DNA of 60,617 bases, filler included, from a candidate division TA06 bacterium SM23_40 (GTDB taxonomy: Bacteria > LJUI01 > SM1-40): assembly GCA_001303705.1 (NCBI GenBank). It is 6 parts of 6 records of this genome, joined end to end, with 100 filler letters (N's around TTAATTAATTAA, not from the genome) between each part and the next. Parts side by side here need not be neighbours in the genome. Positions count along the whole stretch, not along the records: positions 1 to 7,351 come from LJUI01000128.1; positions 7,452 to 14,767 come from LJUI01000129.1; 4 more parts are not named here. The stretch is one strand, 5' to 3'. Positions within the stretch are counted from its first letter, which is position 1, and each line of letters starts with the position of its first letter. The translations under genes were made by a program, and so were the position numbers. The notes beneath the pieces were generated by a model. It was not told the origin of the DNA. It saw only the letters and a list, made by a program, of their open reading frames with translations, and did not search any database. Shown here piece by piece: positions 1 to 9,427 of this stretch.

Positions 1-961
1 ATGGACTCCCCCGAGCGTGCGGGTAGTAGAATCCCAGAAGCTCCCCGACCGTCGGGCAGATGTCGATCTGATAGGCGTAGCGCGTAACCACGGTGCTCGA
101 TGGTGTATCCGGCCCGACAGCGATCAGGGACATGTGGCGACACCCGTGGCAGATTCCGCCGTGGTGATAGAAGCCACCGTGGTCATCATCGTGGCGCCCA
201 TGGTCCGACGTGACTATCAGCGTTGTCTTGCCCTTGTAGGTGGTATTCCACTCGGCGTCCAGCCACTTCCACAAATGCCACACGAGACTGTCAGCTACCT
301 CGATCGCTCGATAGTACTTAGCCGAGTCACCCTCATCATACGGATCGCACCGATGTGCGTACCCATCGACATCCTTGAGGTTGGCGAGCACGAGGTGCGG
401 ATGGTGATTGCCCAATACCGCAAGCAACGAGTCATAGGTCGCCGTATCTGACGGCACGGTCTGTTCGCCGGTCGGATAGACTACCACGTTACCGCCGTAG
501 CTCCTGCCGAACTCCGGATCGACGCTGCAGGCTATGGTATCCTTCCAGGCCTTGCCGCCGACGTAGAACGTCATGCTGTCGCCCGGGCCGTAGCCATTGG
601 CCTTGTTGTAATACTCGAAGAACGTCGGTTTGTCGGGCTCGGTGCTGATGTTGTCTTCTGTATCGTCCCCTTCGCAGATACCGAAGGAGGTGGTACTGTT
701 GGGCAGTAGCTGCCAGATCCCCGTCCCGATGGTCAGATGACCGCCGTGGGTCTGCGTAACGCCATTGTTCCAGAAGTTCTGATACCGTGTGCCCAGTGGA
801 GCCAGACTGTCACGCATGCACACCACGTGATCGGAAGCGGGTGAGTCGTGAAACGCCTCGTAGCAGCGTAGTCCATCGATCACGACAACAATGACGTACT
901 CGGTGGTCGGGTCCGCGCTGACATCCCGCACCCAGATTCCGAACATTAGCGCCGCAGCCAT
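1..961 (-). CDS. Alkaline phosphatase/sulfatase superfamily metalloenzyme, secreted (3' end runs off the window; may start at 1009)
   Basis: Not in the ORF track because it has no stop in the window. My translation gives VIVVVIDGLR...LANLKDVDGYAH...TTLIVTSDHGRH...QIDICPTVGELLG, the metal-binding pattern of the AP superfamily. The N-terminus is hydrophobic and ends in VSA-D. Confidence 0.8.
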   Translation of the reverse strand, partial: MAAALMFGIWVRDVSADPTTEYVIVVVIDGLRCYEAFHDSPASDHVVCMRDSLAPLGTRYQNFWNNGVTQTHGGHLTIGTGIWQLLPNSTTSFGICEGDDTEDNISTEPDKPTFFEYYNKANGYGPGDSMTFYVGGKAWKDTIACSVDPEFGRSYGGNVVVYPTGEQTVPSDTATYDSLLAVLGNHHPHLVLANLKDVDGYAHRCDPYDEGDSAKYYRAIEVADSLVWHLWKWLDAEWNTTYKGKTTLIVTSDHGRHDDDHGGFYHHGGICHGCRHMSLIAVGPDTPSSTVVTRYAYQIDICPTVGELLGFYYPHARGSP

Positions 962-1425
962 CACGGCCACCGCACAGACGGTACCTCCTCCGTTGAGCCG
1001 TTTCGTCGTTGTGACCTCCTCCCGGGAAACACACTGGATGGTTGCTCAACAATCCGTTGTGCCTTGCTACTGCGCAGATTCGTCTCGGCCGTTCTTGATC
1101 TCACCTCCTCTCATAGTTGCGAAGGCGAGCCGGATACCTGCCAATCATGTGACAGGTCAGCCGACCGTGGACTCGCCACTCTGCCGGGGCACTGGCCACA
1201 AAACAGACAGACCCCAGCAGCTCTACCGCTCGGGTCAGCGAAATCGAAGTCCATCCCTCGTTCTGTGTGCCACCCACTCTGCCGACGTCGGAAATTACAT
1301 CTACTAGGCCCGGGCGGGGCCAGATGCCGTTCACCTGTGAATCATCTCTAATAATCTTACACCGCATTGGCTCAGAGAGTCAAGCACAAAACGCCTGCCA
1401 CCGGGCCGGTTCTCACTGAAGAGAA

Positions 1426-1510
1426 TGCTCCCCGGGCAGGACTCGAACCTGAGCCCCGGCGGTCAACAGCCTACCCTAGGGCTCTGTTGATCAGCTGCCC
1501 ACCGCGAGGA
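1426..1510 (-). pseudogene. Degenerate tRNA-Asn(GTT)-like sequence
   Basis: Minus strand reads TCCTCG...CAGCTGATCAACAGAGC...GGCTGTTGACCGCC...CAGGTTCGAGTCCTGCCCGGGGAGCA. The T-arm and 3' acceptor strand are nearly intact and the anticodon is GTT. The D-loop GG is lost, the anticodon stem is mismatched, there are insertions and there is no CCA. Confidence 0.65.
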
Positions 1511-1525
1511 GAGTCTCCGGCGTGC

Positions 1526-2371
1526 TCATCGCACTGCAACAACGAAGCCGAGGAGTGCAACTGCCCAGCAGTAGAAGGCGAACCGTGCGAGCTTTCCCCG
1601 CCGCACGATCCGAACGAGAAAGAGAAGGGCCAGCCAGCCGGAGAGGAATGCGACCGGCATCCCTGCACTGACGGCCACAGGGTTGAAGAGGCCAAGCCCT
1701 TCACCTTGAGCGGAGAGCAGTTCTTTGGCAGTGGCTCCCGCGATTGCGGGCAGCGCGAGAAGAAATGAGAACTCAACAGCCTCCTCCGCGTCCACCCCAA
1801 GGAGCAGCCCTGCTGCGATCGTCCAGCCTGCGCGGGAGATCCCCGGCAGGAGGGCGAGAGCCTGCGCGCACCCGATCGCCCATGCTCCATAAACACCAAC
1901 CGATCGCTCGGCAGCACTCGACCGATTCTCACCGACCGATCGATCGGCACGAACCGACCCACGTCCGCCCGGCGCGAACCGGGTGAGCCAGAGGATCCCA
2001 CCGGTGGCGGCCAGGGCCAGCGACACAAGCAGTGTGCTCTGGAACGCCCGCTCGACAAGATCATCGAGGAAGAGTCCGGCCATTCCTGCGGGAATGGTCC
2101 CTATGATGATATAGAGGATCAGTCTCCGCGCAGAGCGTCCCTCGTCCTCTCTCGATCCGAGACGCGACAGGATCCACCACAGCCGACGACGAAATACAAC
2201 GATGATCGCAACCATCGTCGCGAAGTGGACCATCACTTCGAAGACGATCCCGTGGGTCTGGGCGCCCAGGAGCTCGCGGGCGAGAACGAGGTGACCCGAA
2301 CTTGATACGGGCAGAAATTCGGTGAGACCCTGAACCAATCCGAGCACGAGAGCCTGGATCAGAGTCACCAC
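1526..2371 (-). CDS. uppP: Undecaprenyl-diphosphate phosphatase (BacA family)
   Basis: GLVQGLTEFLPVSSSGHL and PGISRAG motifs; multiple TM helices. Confidence 0.95.
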   Translation of the reverse strand: MVTLIQALVLGLVQGLTEFLPVSSSGHLVLARELLGAQTHGIVFEVMVHFATMVAIIVVFRRRLWWILSRLGSREDEGRSARRLILYIIIGTIPAGMAGLFLDDLVERAFQSTLLVSLALAATGGILWLTRFAPGGRGSVRADRSVGENRSSAAERSVGVYGAWAIGCAQALALLPGISRAGWTIAAGLLLGVDAEEAVEFSFLLALPAIAGATAKELLSAQGEGLGLFNPVAVSAGMPVAFLSGWLALLFLVRIVRRGKLARFAFYCWAVALLGFVVAVR

Positions 2372-2437
2372 CCACCTCCCTCACCACCGGCATAGCAGGC
2401 AACGCCAACCGCACGACGCGCAGTCATATCTCCTTGA

Positions 2438-3280
2438 TCACCCTCCCAGAAAGAGCGCAACGATCCCGATCACTATGCCAATCTTGAGGAGAAGTGACAT
2501 CCGCCCGAGCTTCGCTTTGGAGGGAACACGCACGACGGCGACCGCCAACACGATCAATAGCAGATCGAGGATGGACACCACGACAAGATAGGGAAGACGG
2601 TACCATCCGAGCACGAAGGGGAGCGGTGTGAGGACTACGAGGATGAGCAGAACGGTAGCCGCGAACCGCATCGCCGTCTCCGGCCCCGCGATGATCGCGA
2701 GGCTCCTCACCCCCGTAGGTCGATCGCCCTCGACATCCTCCGCATCCTTGATGGCTTCCCGGCCCAGCGTAATGAGGAACGCAAACAGGGCGGGAAAGAG
2801 CCCTGCCCTGGCACCGCCCCCTGCGATCGCCCCGTAGACGAGGGCCATACCGGTCGCCCCGCTCACGATGAAGTTCCCCAGCACGCCCTGAAGCGCCGTT
2901 GAAACGGCGTACCCGGCCAACGCTACGCTCACGCCAACGGCGATGAGGAATGCGCCGAATCCGACGACAGCGCTTCCCAGGAGCCCCAGTGCGAAGAGGA
3001 TCGCAGAGAGCGCTGCGGCCTCTCCTCTGGTCGCTCTCCCTGACGGCAACGGACGATGCGGCTTGTTGACGCGATCCTTCTCCACATCGAAGATATCATT
3101 GAGCGCGTTCGCGGCTCCGGTAATCATCATCGCCGCGACTGTCGCCACCACGATCGTACCGAACGAAGAGTGCCATCCCGCCATGGCAGCTCCGACAAGG
3201 ACGGATGCCCCGGCGATCAGGCAGTTCTGGGGCCTGGTCAACTCGATGATCGGACCGTACCTCAGACGCTCACGCTCCAT
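2438..3280 (-). CDS. UbiA-family prenyltransferase, digeranylgeranylglyceryl phosphate (DGGGP) synthase-like
   Basis: LTRPQN; NDIFDVEKDRVNKPHRPLPSG (first Asp-rich motif); REAIKDAEDVEGD (second motif, typical of the DGGGPS subfamily). Confidence 0.8.
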   Translation of the reverse strand: MERERLRYGPIIELTRPQNCLIAGASVLVGAAMAGWHSSFGTIVVATVAAMMITGAANALNDIFDVEKDRVNKPHRPLPSGRATRGEAAALSAILFALGLLGSAVVGFGAFLIAVGVSVALAGYAVSTALQGVLGNFIVSGATGMALVYGAIAGGGARAGLFPALFAFLITLGREAIKDAEDVEGDRPTGVRSLAIIAGPETAMRFAATVLLILVVLTPLPFVLGWYRLPYLVVVSILDLLLIVLAVAVVRVPSKAKLGRMSLLLKIGIVIGIVALFLGG

Positions 3281-3289
3281 GTCAGCCTC

Positions 3290-4834
3290 CTAGAAGTCGA
3301 GCCGCACCCAGAACCGCGCCAGCCACTCGCTCGCATAGGCACCATCGTCATGGTCCGGATTCTTCGTCCCCTGCCAGCTCCCTTCGGCAGCGAGGTCGAG
3401 CCGGGCGCCGACCTCGGCCCAGCCCCCCAGCCATAGAGCATCCTTGCGCTCCACGATGCCCGAGGGGAAGGGCGGGAACGCCGTACCCCTCTCGATCTCG
3501 AACGGCAAATGTACGTCTCCCTCACCGTGCCTGGTCGCCCGATAGCCCGCCTCGATCCCCAAGAACGGGAGGAGGCGATGCTCCATCTCGATGTCGAGGC
3601 GATCCGCATCAGGGCCGAGCTCGTGGCCGATGATCGCGCCCCGGTGCTCATATGTGTTTTCTATCTGTTCCTGGGTGTACACCCACTTGTCCAGACGGGC
3701 ATACTCACAACGCACGTCAGTATCCTGGAGGCCCAGCGGATCGGCGAGATAGCAACCCGCGAGGTATCCGAACTTATCCGGCATGACCGGCGGATCCTTC
3801 TCGTACTGCCAGTCGTCGATGAGGAATTCGCCGTCCAGGCGAACCCCATCCAGCGCCTGCCATGATAGATCGACCGACCAGAGGATCTGGTCATCGCGCC
3901 CCCTCACCATCTGTGCGACCAGATAGGGGGAGAGCGGATTGAGGTACAGGGGCTCGGGGCGCTCGGCACCGTACAGAACCGCCTCCGCGATACCCACATC
4001 GAACCCCCACGGCAGACGGACGGTCAGGCGGTGGGCCGAGAAGAATCGCCTCTCTCCGGGCTCGAGTTCGGCGAGAAAGAAAGAGAACTCGACGGGGCGC
4101 AGCACGAGATCCATCTTCACCATATCGAAGAAGTAGGATTCGTCCGAGATGAGAAGCGCCCCGAAGTGGCCGGGCCCCCACCAGACCTGATCCCTCCCCA
4201 CCTCGACCCTGAACCACGGCAAATCATATGCCCAGTACCCCCGGTCGAGAACGAGCGTCGCGCCCTTCCAGAATTGCTGATCAGGACGACCGACCTTCCG
4301 CCACGTATCCTCATCCCAGCGGGTGAGGCGGACTGCCATGGTCTGCTCGAAGACAGGCCCCTCCCCCAGCTGTCCCGCGGCAAGGAGGTCGAGAAAGGTA
4401 GCATAGTCAGGGCGTTCTTCATTCGAGAGGAGGAGTGACTCTGCGAGCGACGCATCGGCGAGGAAGTAGACCTCACTGTATTGCGTTTCGAGGAGCGGCT
4501 CATCGACGACCCCCGGAGCGGATACACCGAGCTCGTGGTCGAATTCGTGGACGAGCTTCGCCAGCCAATGCCGGTCCGCCCGCGAGAGCTGAACGTCTCC
4601 TCGCTCGACATCCCTCTGCAGCTCGCGCACCGCATCAGCAACCTGTCGCCGGGTATAGGGCCGGTGTGCCTGGTTCAGCTCTACCAGACCCTTCGCGTCG
4701 AACCGGTCGAGTATCTCATAGCTCCAGTGCGAGAGCGGTACGTTACGAGACCCCTGGGCCAATGTCGAAACGGCCCCCACTGCGAGGACCAGCGCCGTCC
4801 ACCACACCAGCCAGCCGACCGCTCGCTCCATCAT
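3290..4834 (-). CDS. Capsule assembly Wzi-family outer membrane beta-barrel
   Basis: Signal peptide; N-terminal helical part with RPYTRRQV; GRDQVWWGPGHFGALLISD; C-terminal Phe (VRLDF). Confidence 0.8.
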   Translation of the reverse strand: MMERAVGWLVWWTALVLAVGAVSTLAQGSRNVPLSHWSYEILDRFDAKGLVELNQAHRPYTRRQVADAVRELQRDVERGDVQLSRADRHWLAKLVHEFDHELGVSAPGVVDEPLLETQYSEVYFLADASLAESLLLSNEERPDYATFLDLLAAGQLGEGPVFEQTMAVRLTRWDEDTWRKVGRPDQQFWKGATLVLDRGYWAYDLPWFRVEVGRDQVWWGPGHFGALLISDESYFFDMVKMDLVLRPVEFSFFLAELEPGERRFFSAHRLTVRLPWGFDVGIAEAVLYGAERPEPLYLNPLSPYLVAQMVRGRDDQILWSVDLSWQALDGVRLDGEFLIDDWQYEKDPPVMPDKFGYLAGCYLADPLGLQDTDVRCEYARLDKWVYTQEQIENTYEHRGAIIGHELGPDADRLDIEMEHRLLPFLGIEAGYRATRHGEGDVHLPFEIERGTAFPPFPSGIVERKDALWLGGWAEVGARLDLAAEGSWQGTKNPDHDDGAYASEWLARFWVRLDF

Positions 4835-4879
4835 CTATCCTCCTTCAGCACGCGCGACACACGCTCTACCGCTTCCCGA

Positions 4880-6307
4880 TCAGTCCCATATCCCCTGAAC
4901 CAGCCGCAGCGATGCAAGCCCCAGGATGCGGAAGAAGTAGCGATCCCTCACCCTCATCAGCTTCCGCAACTCTCTCAGCCAGAACTGGGGGCGCCGGTAG
5001 TAGCGTTCGAATGCCCTCAGAGAGATCTGCTCCAGTTCCCCAGACGTGAACCGGGCAAGCCCTCGCTCCGATCCTGCTGTCACGTTCGACTCATCTTCCC
5101 CGATGAGTCCTCGCCGGCGTGCGTCCTCCCACAGCTCGGACCCGTATGCGTAGTCGAGGACCCAGAATGTCGCGAAGTCGAGGGGAATCTCCCTGGCGAA
5201 TGTAAACGTGCGCTCTATCTCCTCCGTGCCCTCAAACGGTGCCCCGATGATGAAATCTCCGACCGTGTACAACCCCACCCGATTGGCGATCTCGACAGCC
5301 CGCCGGTTCATCTCCACCGTGGTCCGTTTGTTGTAGAAATCGAGGACCGTCTGATTCGCCGACTCGAGCCCGAAGACGACAGCCCGCACTCCCGCCCGCC
5401 GCATCTTACGGTACAGCTCCTCATCCACCGCATCAACACGCCCCTGAACCGCCATCGCCAGATCGATCCCTTCTTCGATGATACCGTCCATGATCTGGTG
5501 GACACGCCGCTTGTTCACAGTGAAATTGTCGTCGACGATGCCGAGTATCTCGTACCCCTCCCGATAGACGGTGCGGATCTCGGCGAGGACATTCTGGGCG
5601 CTCCGCTCCCGATACGTCTGGAACGTAACCGCCCCGTGCGCACAGAACGTACAGGAAAACGGGCATCCTCGCGACGTGATCATCGTGGTAATCCTGCTAC
5701 CCATCCGCTCTCCCAGGATGTTGTACCGCCTTGCCTTCTCGGGCGAGCGGACGAGCGACCTCGCGGGGAACCTGATCCGGTCGAGATCGCGCTCGATCGG
5801 CGCCTCCGGACCTCGCCGGATCTGGCCGGTGCGACGGTCGCGGTAGATCGCTCCCGGACAGGATGACGGGTCTCCCCCGTTGAGCAACGTATCGGCGATC
5901 TGGACAATGATCGACTCAGCCTCGCTCACCACAGATACGTCGGCACCGTCGACAGCCCTCGGGTAGAGAATGAGATCAGGCCCCCCGACTACGATCGGCA
6001 ATTCACCGTGGAGAGCACGGATGTCCGCGATCATGGTCTGTGCGTCGGAGCGGTTGAAACTCTGCATCGAGATCCCGACGAGATCGGCATTCCGCACAAT
6101 GAGCTCGAGCCGCTCCCGGCTGTACCCCTCGGCGTTGAAGTCGACGACCTCAACTCCGTACCCGGCATCGAGGAGCTCACGCCCGAGATACAGCAGTCCA
6201 AGCGGGGGAACGATGGCCAGCCGCTGCTTCACCCCCTTCCCCTCAGTGCTTCCCGCGACCGGAGTCCCCGTCTCAGGAAAGAGCAACGCCACATTCTTCG
6301 CCATCAT
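4880..6307 (-). CDS. Cobalamin-binding radical SAM protein
   Basis: PPLGLLYL and VVGGP of the B12-binding domain; TSRGCPFSCTFC; DDNF; GLES. Confidence 0.92.
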   Translation of the reverse strand: MMAKNVALLFPETGTPVAGSTEGKGVKQRLAIVPPLGLLYLGRELLDAGYGVEVVDFNAEGYSRERLELIVRNADLVGISMQSFNRSDAQTMIADIRALHGELPIVVGGPDLILYPRAVDGADVSVVSEAESIIVQIADTLLNGGDPSSCPGAIYRDRRTGQIRRGPEAPIERDLDRIRFPARSLVRSPEKARRYNILGERMGSRITTMITSRGCPFSCTFCAHGAVTFQTYRERSAQNVLAEIRTVYREGYEILGIVDDNFTVNKRRVHQIMDGIIEEGIDLAMAVQGRVDAVDEELYRKMRRAGVRAVVFGLESANQTVLDFYNKRTTVEMNRRAVEIANRVGLYTVGDFIIGAPFEGTEEIERTFTFAREIPLDFATFWVLDYAYGSELWEDARRRGLIGEDESNVTAGSERGLARFTSGELEQISLRAFERYYRRPQFWLRELRKLMRVRDRYFFRILGLASLRLVQGIWD

Positions 6308-6392
6308 CTCACCTACACCTAATCAGCGCACCGAAGCTATTGTCTGGACCTGCGCACATTCCGGTGAACGCGCGGCCTTCAATGGCCACTCT

Positions 6393-7351
6393 TCCGAAAG
6401 CGGCGGAGGGGGCTCCCTGCTCGGCCGACGCGAAGCGTCCGCCCCCAGCACATCAGTCCACCCGCACATCCCCGATCAACCAACACGCGCCGCCAGGCCG
6501 ATTCCCTTGCTCGGATCAACATCACCAAAGGCGGCGGAGGGGGCTCATGAGGAGTGAGCTCCGCGGCCGCGCCGGCACACACACTATCAACACCCCATCA
6601 GTGCACCATCAGACCCCCGATCAAGCATCCCGCGCCGCCAGGCCGATTCCCTTGGTCCGACCAACCTCACCAAAGGCGGCGGAGGGGGCTCGTGAGGAGT
6701 GAGCTCCGCGGCCGCGCCCTCAGCTCACAGACTATCAATAGCACGTCAGTCCACCAACAGATCACAGATCGATCAACAGCCGCCGCTGGGCGGACGCGAA
6801 GCGAACGCCCCGCGTCCTCCGCCCTCACCCAACAAACTGAGCATATCACAAAAGATCGATAACAAAGCGACCTGTACCCCACGAAACGCCGCTAGCGAAC
6901 TCCGAACGAGCCCCATCCGCCGCCCCCTCAACCCCCGTCCTTAACCAGCGGCCCCCCGATCAACCCGCGAACTCGAGATCTAACAGACCCACAATCACAC
7001 GACGTCGGCACCAACACCACCGCCAAGTCAATCCCCGGTGCTCCAAGCCACCGCACCTCGACCAACTCTTGCCCCCGAGCTCACGCGAACCGTCCGCCCC
7101 AGTCTGACCAACATCACCAAAGGCGGCGGAGGGGGCTCGTGAGGAGTGAGCTCCGCGGCCGCGCCCTCAGCTCACAAACTATCAACAACGCATCAGTCCA
7201 CCAACAGATCACAGATCGATGAACATCCGCCGCTGGGCGGACGCGAAGCGAACGCCCCGCGTCCTCCGCCCTCACCCAACAAACTGAGCATACCACAAAA
7301 GATCGATAACAAAACGACCTGCACATCACGAAATGCCGCTAGCGAACTCCG
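6393..7351. repeat. Composite REP-like intergenic repeat cluster running into a contig break
   Basis: GCGGCGGAGGGGGCTC core near 6400, 6530, 6676 and 7123; a ~245-bp block at 6661-6904 repeated at 7108-7351; embedded GC-rich hairpins. Confidence 0.85.
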
Positions 7352-7451
7352 NNNNNNNNNNNNNNNNNNNNNNNNNNNNNNNNNNNNNNNNNNNNTTAAT
7401 TAATTAANNNNNNNNNNNNNNNNNNNNNNNNNNNNNNNNNNNNNNNNNNNN
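7352..7451. other. Artificial contig linker
   Basis: N44-TTAATTAATTAA-N44 (stops in all six frames). Confidence 0.99.
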
Positions 7452-7637
7452 CAGGACGACCAACACGACGACTGTCAGCATCGGTACATATGACAGATGG
7501 TTTATTCCCCACAGCTGAGCGAACGGCGTGAGCCCCGCCACGAGTGCCACCGCGATGAGGACCAGCGAGGCAATGAGGACAGAGTCCTGCCACGCCGGCC
7601 GTTTTGACTTGACTTCACCATTTCGGTGCTCCATCAT
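7452..7637 (-). CDS. Membrane protein, N-terminal fragment truncated by the contig end
   Basis: MMEHRNGEVKSKR followed by two hydrophobic helices flanking LWGINHL. Confidence 0.6.
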
Positions 7638-7848
7638 GGAGGCTCCGATGTAGTAGCACTGCCACGGTGACGGGTGATTGTGCAGGTCGATCTCGACGAC
7701 TGATACATTCGAGTCCCGACGGTATTGTGGGGACAACGATTGAATCTAGCACGTTGTGGGTGATTTGTCGAGCAACGAGAAGAGTGTGCGGAGGTCTCCC
7801 CCCGGACAGTTCTCCCTCACGAACGGCTCATACACAGGACTCATAGCC

Positions 7849-8502
7849 ATGCCAGAGCGCTTCGCCGATAAGCGCGCGCGAGCGGGGAGAATCGTTCGCG
7901 CCTTGAAGCAGGCCTATCCAGACGCCCGCTGCGCGCTCCATCACTCATCTCCACTCGAACTCCTTGTCGCGACGATACTCTCGGCCCAATGCACCGACGA
8001 GCGTGTCAATCAGGTGACCAGGGGGCTCTTTGCGAAGTATCGGAGCGCCTGCGACTTCGTCTCTGCCGATCCGCATCAACTCGAGAACGAGATCAGGTCG
8101 ACCGGGTTCTACCGGAATAAGACGAAGCACATACAGGCGGCGAGTGCAGCGCTCGTCGAACGCCACCACGGAGAGGTGCCCAACACGATGGAGGCGCTCG
8201 TCGAACTTCCCGGGGTCGCGCGGAAGACCGCCAATGTCGTACTCGGGACTGCGTTTGGCAAGACTGCTGGCATCGTCGTCGACACGCACGTTCACCGCCT
8301 GGCGAAACGCCTCGACCTCTCCCGAGAAAAGGATCCTGAGAAGGTGGAGCAGAATCTCATGTCGCTTGTGCCAGAAGAAGACTGGATTCAGTTCTCGTAC
8401 ATGCTGATCGAGCACGGCCGGACCGTGTGCAAGGCACGCACCCCTCAGTGCGGAATCTGCGTCCTTTCGTCCAACTGCCCATCCGCCTCTCTCGAGGCCT
8501 GA
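7849..8502 (+). CDS. nth: Endonuclease III
   Basis: LLVATILSAQCTD; HhH motif LPGVARKTANVVL; VDTHV; C-X6-C-X2-C-X5-C Fe-S motif. Confidence 0.97.
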   Translation: MPERFADKRARAGRIVRALKQAYPDARCALHHSSPLELLVATILSAQCTDERVNQVTRGLFAKYRSACDFVSADPHQLENEIRSTGFYRNKTKHIQAASAALVERHHGEVPNTMEALVELPGVARKTANVVLGTAFGKTAGIVVDTHVHRLAKRLDLSREKDPEKVEQNLMSLVPEEDWIQFSYMLIEHGRTVCKARTPQCGICVLSSNCPSASLEA

Positions 8503-8716
8503 ATGGGGACACTACCCCCAGCCGCTGATCAAACCACTCCGCCGGGCACTCCAGCCCACCGGGAAGCCCCCTACCCAACGTCTGTAACACCCTACCCAAG
8601 TCCGGCACGATTTCCGGCTGACCGGCGCAGACAGCGCGCATGCATCATATAGATAACCTGCTCGCCCATTTACTGTTATGCGATACCGCCATCTTCCCTC
8701 AGGGCGTACTCAACTT

Positions 8717-8731
8717 TGGCCCGATTCTTGC
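8717..8731 (+). promoter_or_regulatory. Putative sigma54 (-24/-12) promoter
   Basis: TGGCCCGATTCTTGC has exact GG-N10-GC spacing and one mismatch to TGGCACG-N4-TTGC; it lies ~140 nt upstream of the 8869 ORF. Confidence 0.6.
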
Positions 8732-8868
8732 GCTCCTTCAGGCTGTCTCTCTCAGAGCCGGTCCGAGGCGCCCATGGTCCACGCGACTGTGTCTTTGGCG
8801 CCTCGGACAATTCTGGGCGTGCGAGCAGAGTTGGGACGAAGGAAGTGTGAGCAAAGGAGGCTAACGCA

Positions 8869-9165
8869 ATGGCCAAAACCCAGAAGATCGACACCCAGAC
8901 CTACAACTACAACTACACGTGGAAGAAGGGTGTCTGGCCGACCATGACGATTCAGGACATCACGACTCCGGGCTGCTACGTCGATTGGCACACTGGTCAT
9001 CTGTACCGGGTCAATCCGGAGATGCTCGAAGTCGGGGGCACCATCTTCAGTTGCTTCTGCTCGACTGATCCCTGGCTGGTTGTCAAGATCAGCGATAACT
9101 ACCTGTTACCGTTGGACGAGGCCAGGATCCTCGCGGCCAATGCCTCCGCGAATGTCAATTTCTAG
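8869..9165 (+). CDS. Small hypothetical protein (98 aa)
   Basis: Strong SD AAAGGAGG 8 nt before the ATG; GC3-biased codons; followed by a terminator; motifs PGCYVDWHTGHLYRV and KISDN...AANASANVNF. Confidence 0.85.
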   Translation: MAKTQKIDTQTYNYNYTWKKGVWPTMTIQDITTPGCYVDWHTGHLYRVNPEMLEVGGTIFSCFCSTDPWLVVKISDNYLLPLDEARILAANASANVNF

Positions 9166-9218
9166 AGGTCGGGGCAGATTGTCCAACGCCAGCTGGTGAG
9201 TCTGCTCGCTTTTCCCAG

Positions 9219-9262
9219 AAACGACCTGCCCGTGAGACGAACCTCACGGGCAGGTCGTTTTG
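9219..9262 (+). terminator. Rho-independent terminator (probably bidirectional)
   Basis: Perfect 18-bp stem AAACGACCTGCCCGTGAG / CTCACGGGCAGGTCGTTT, 6-nt loop, T-run. Confidence 0.85.
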
Positions 9263-9427
9263 TGCCGCCGAGGCCCCCCTGCACCGGCCTCCTCGCTCCA
9301 CCGGGTACCACCAGAATCGCCCTTGCGCGCAGAGCGGTGGTGGTGTATAGATGTATCATCATACCTTGCCGATAACTTCCACGCAAAGTCCATGGTTCCT
9401 CCAACCGGCCCAGAAGGGAAGGAGTCG

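Noticed and set aside
17-451. Plus-strand 144-aa ORF
   Set aside because: Antisense to the real minus-strand phosphatase-superfamily gene
1426-1510. Functional tRNA
   Set aside because: D-loop GG missing, anticodon and acceptor stems mispaired, insertions present
4481-5866. Long antisense ORFs (also 11154-12362, 18643-19854, 36569-37855, 47792-49474)
   Set aside because: Shadow frames of well-supported genes in high-GC DNA, with no motifs
6393-7351. CRISPR array, cobalamin riboswitch or short ORFs
   Set aside because: Inter-repeat segments are similar to each other, no B12-box is recognisable, and the ORFs are translations of the repeat
7396-7407. TTAATTAATTAA palindrome recurring five times
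   Set aside because: Artificial linker inside N runs; cross-linker neighbourhoods were not treated as operons
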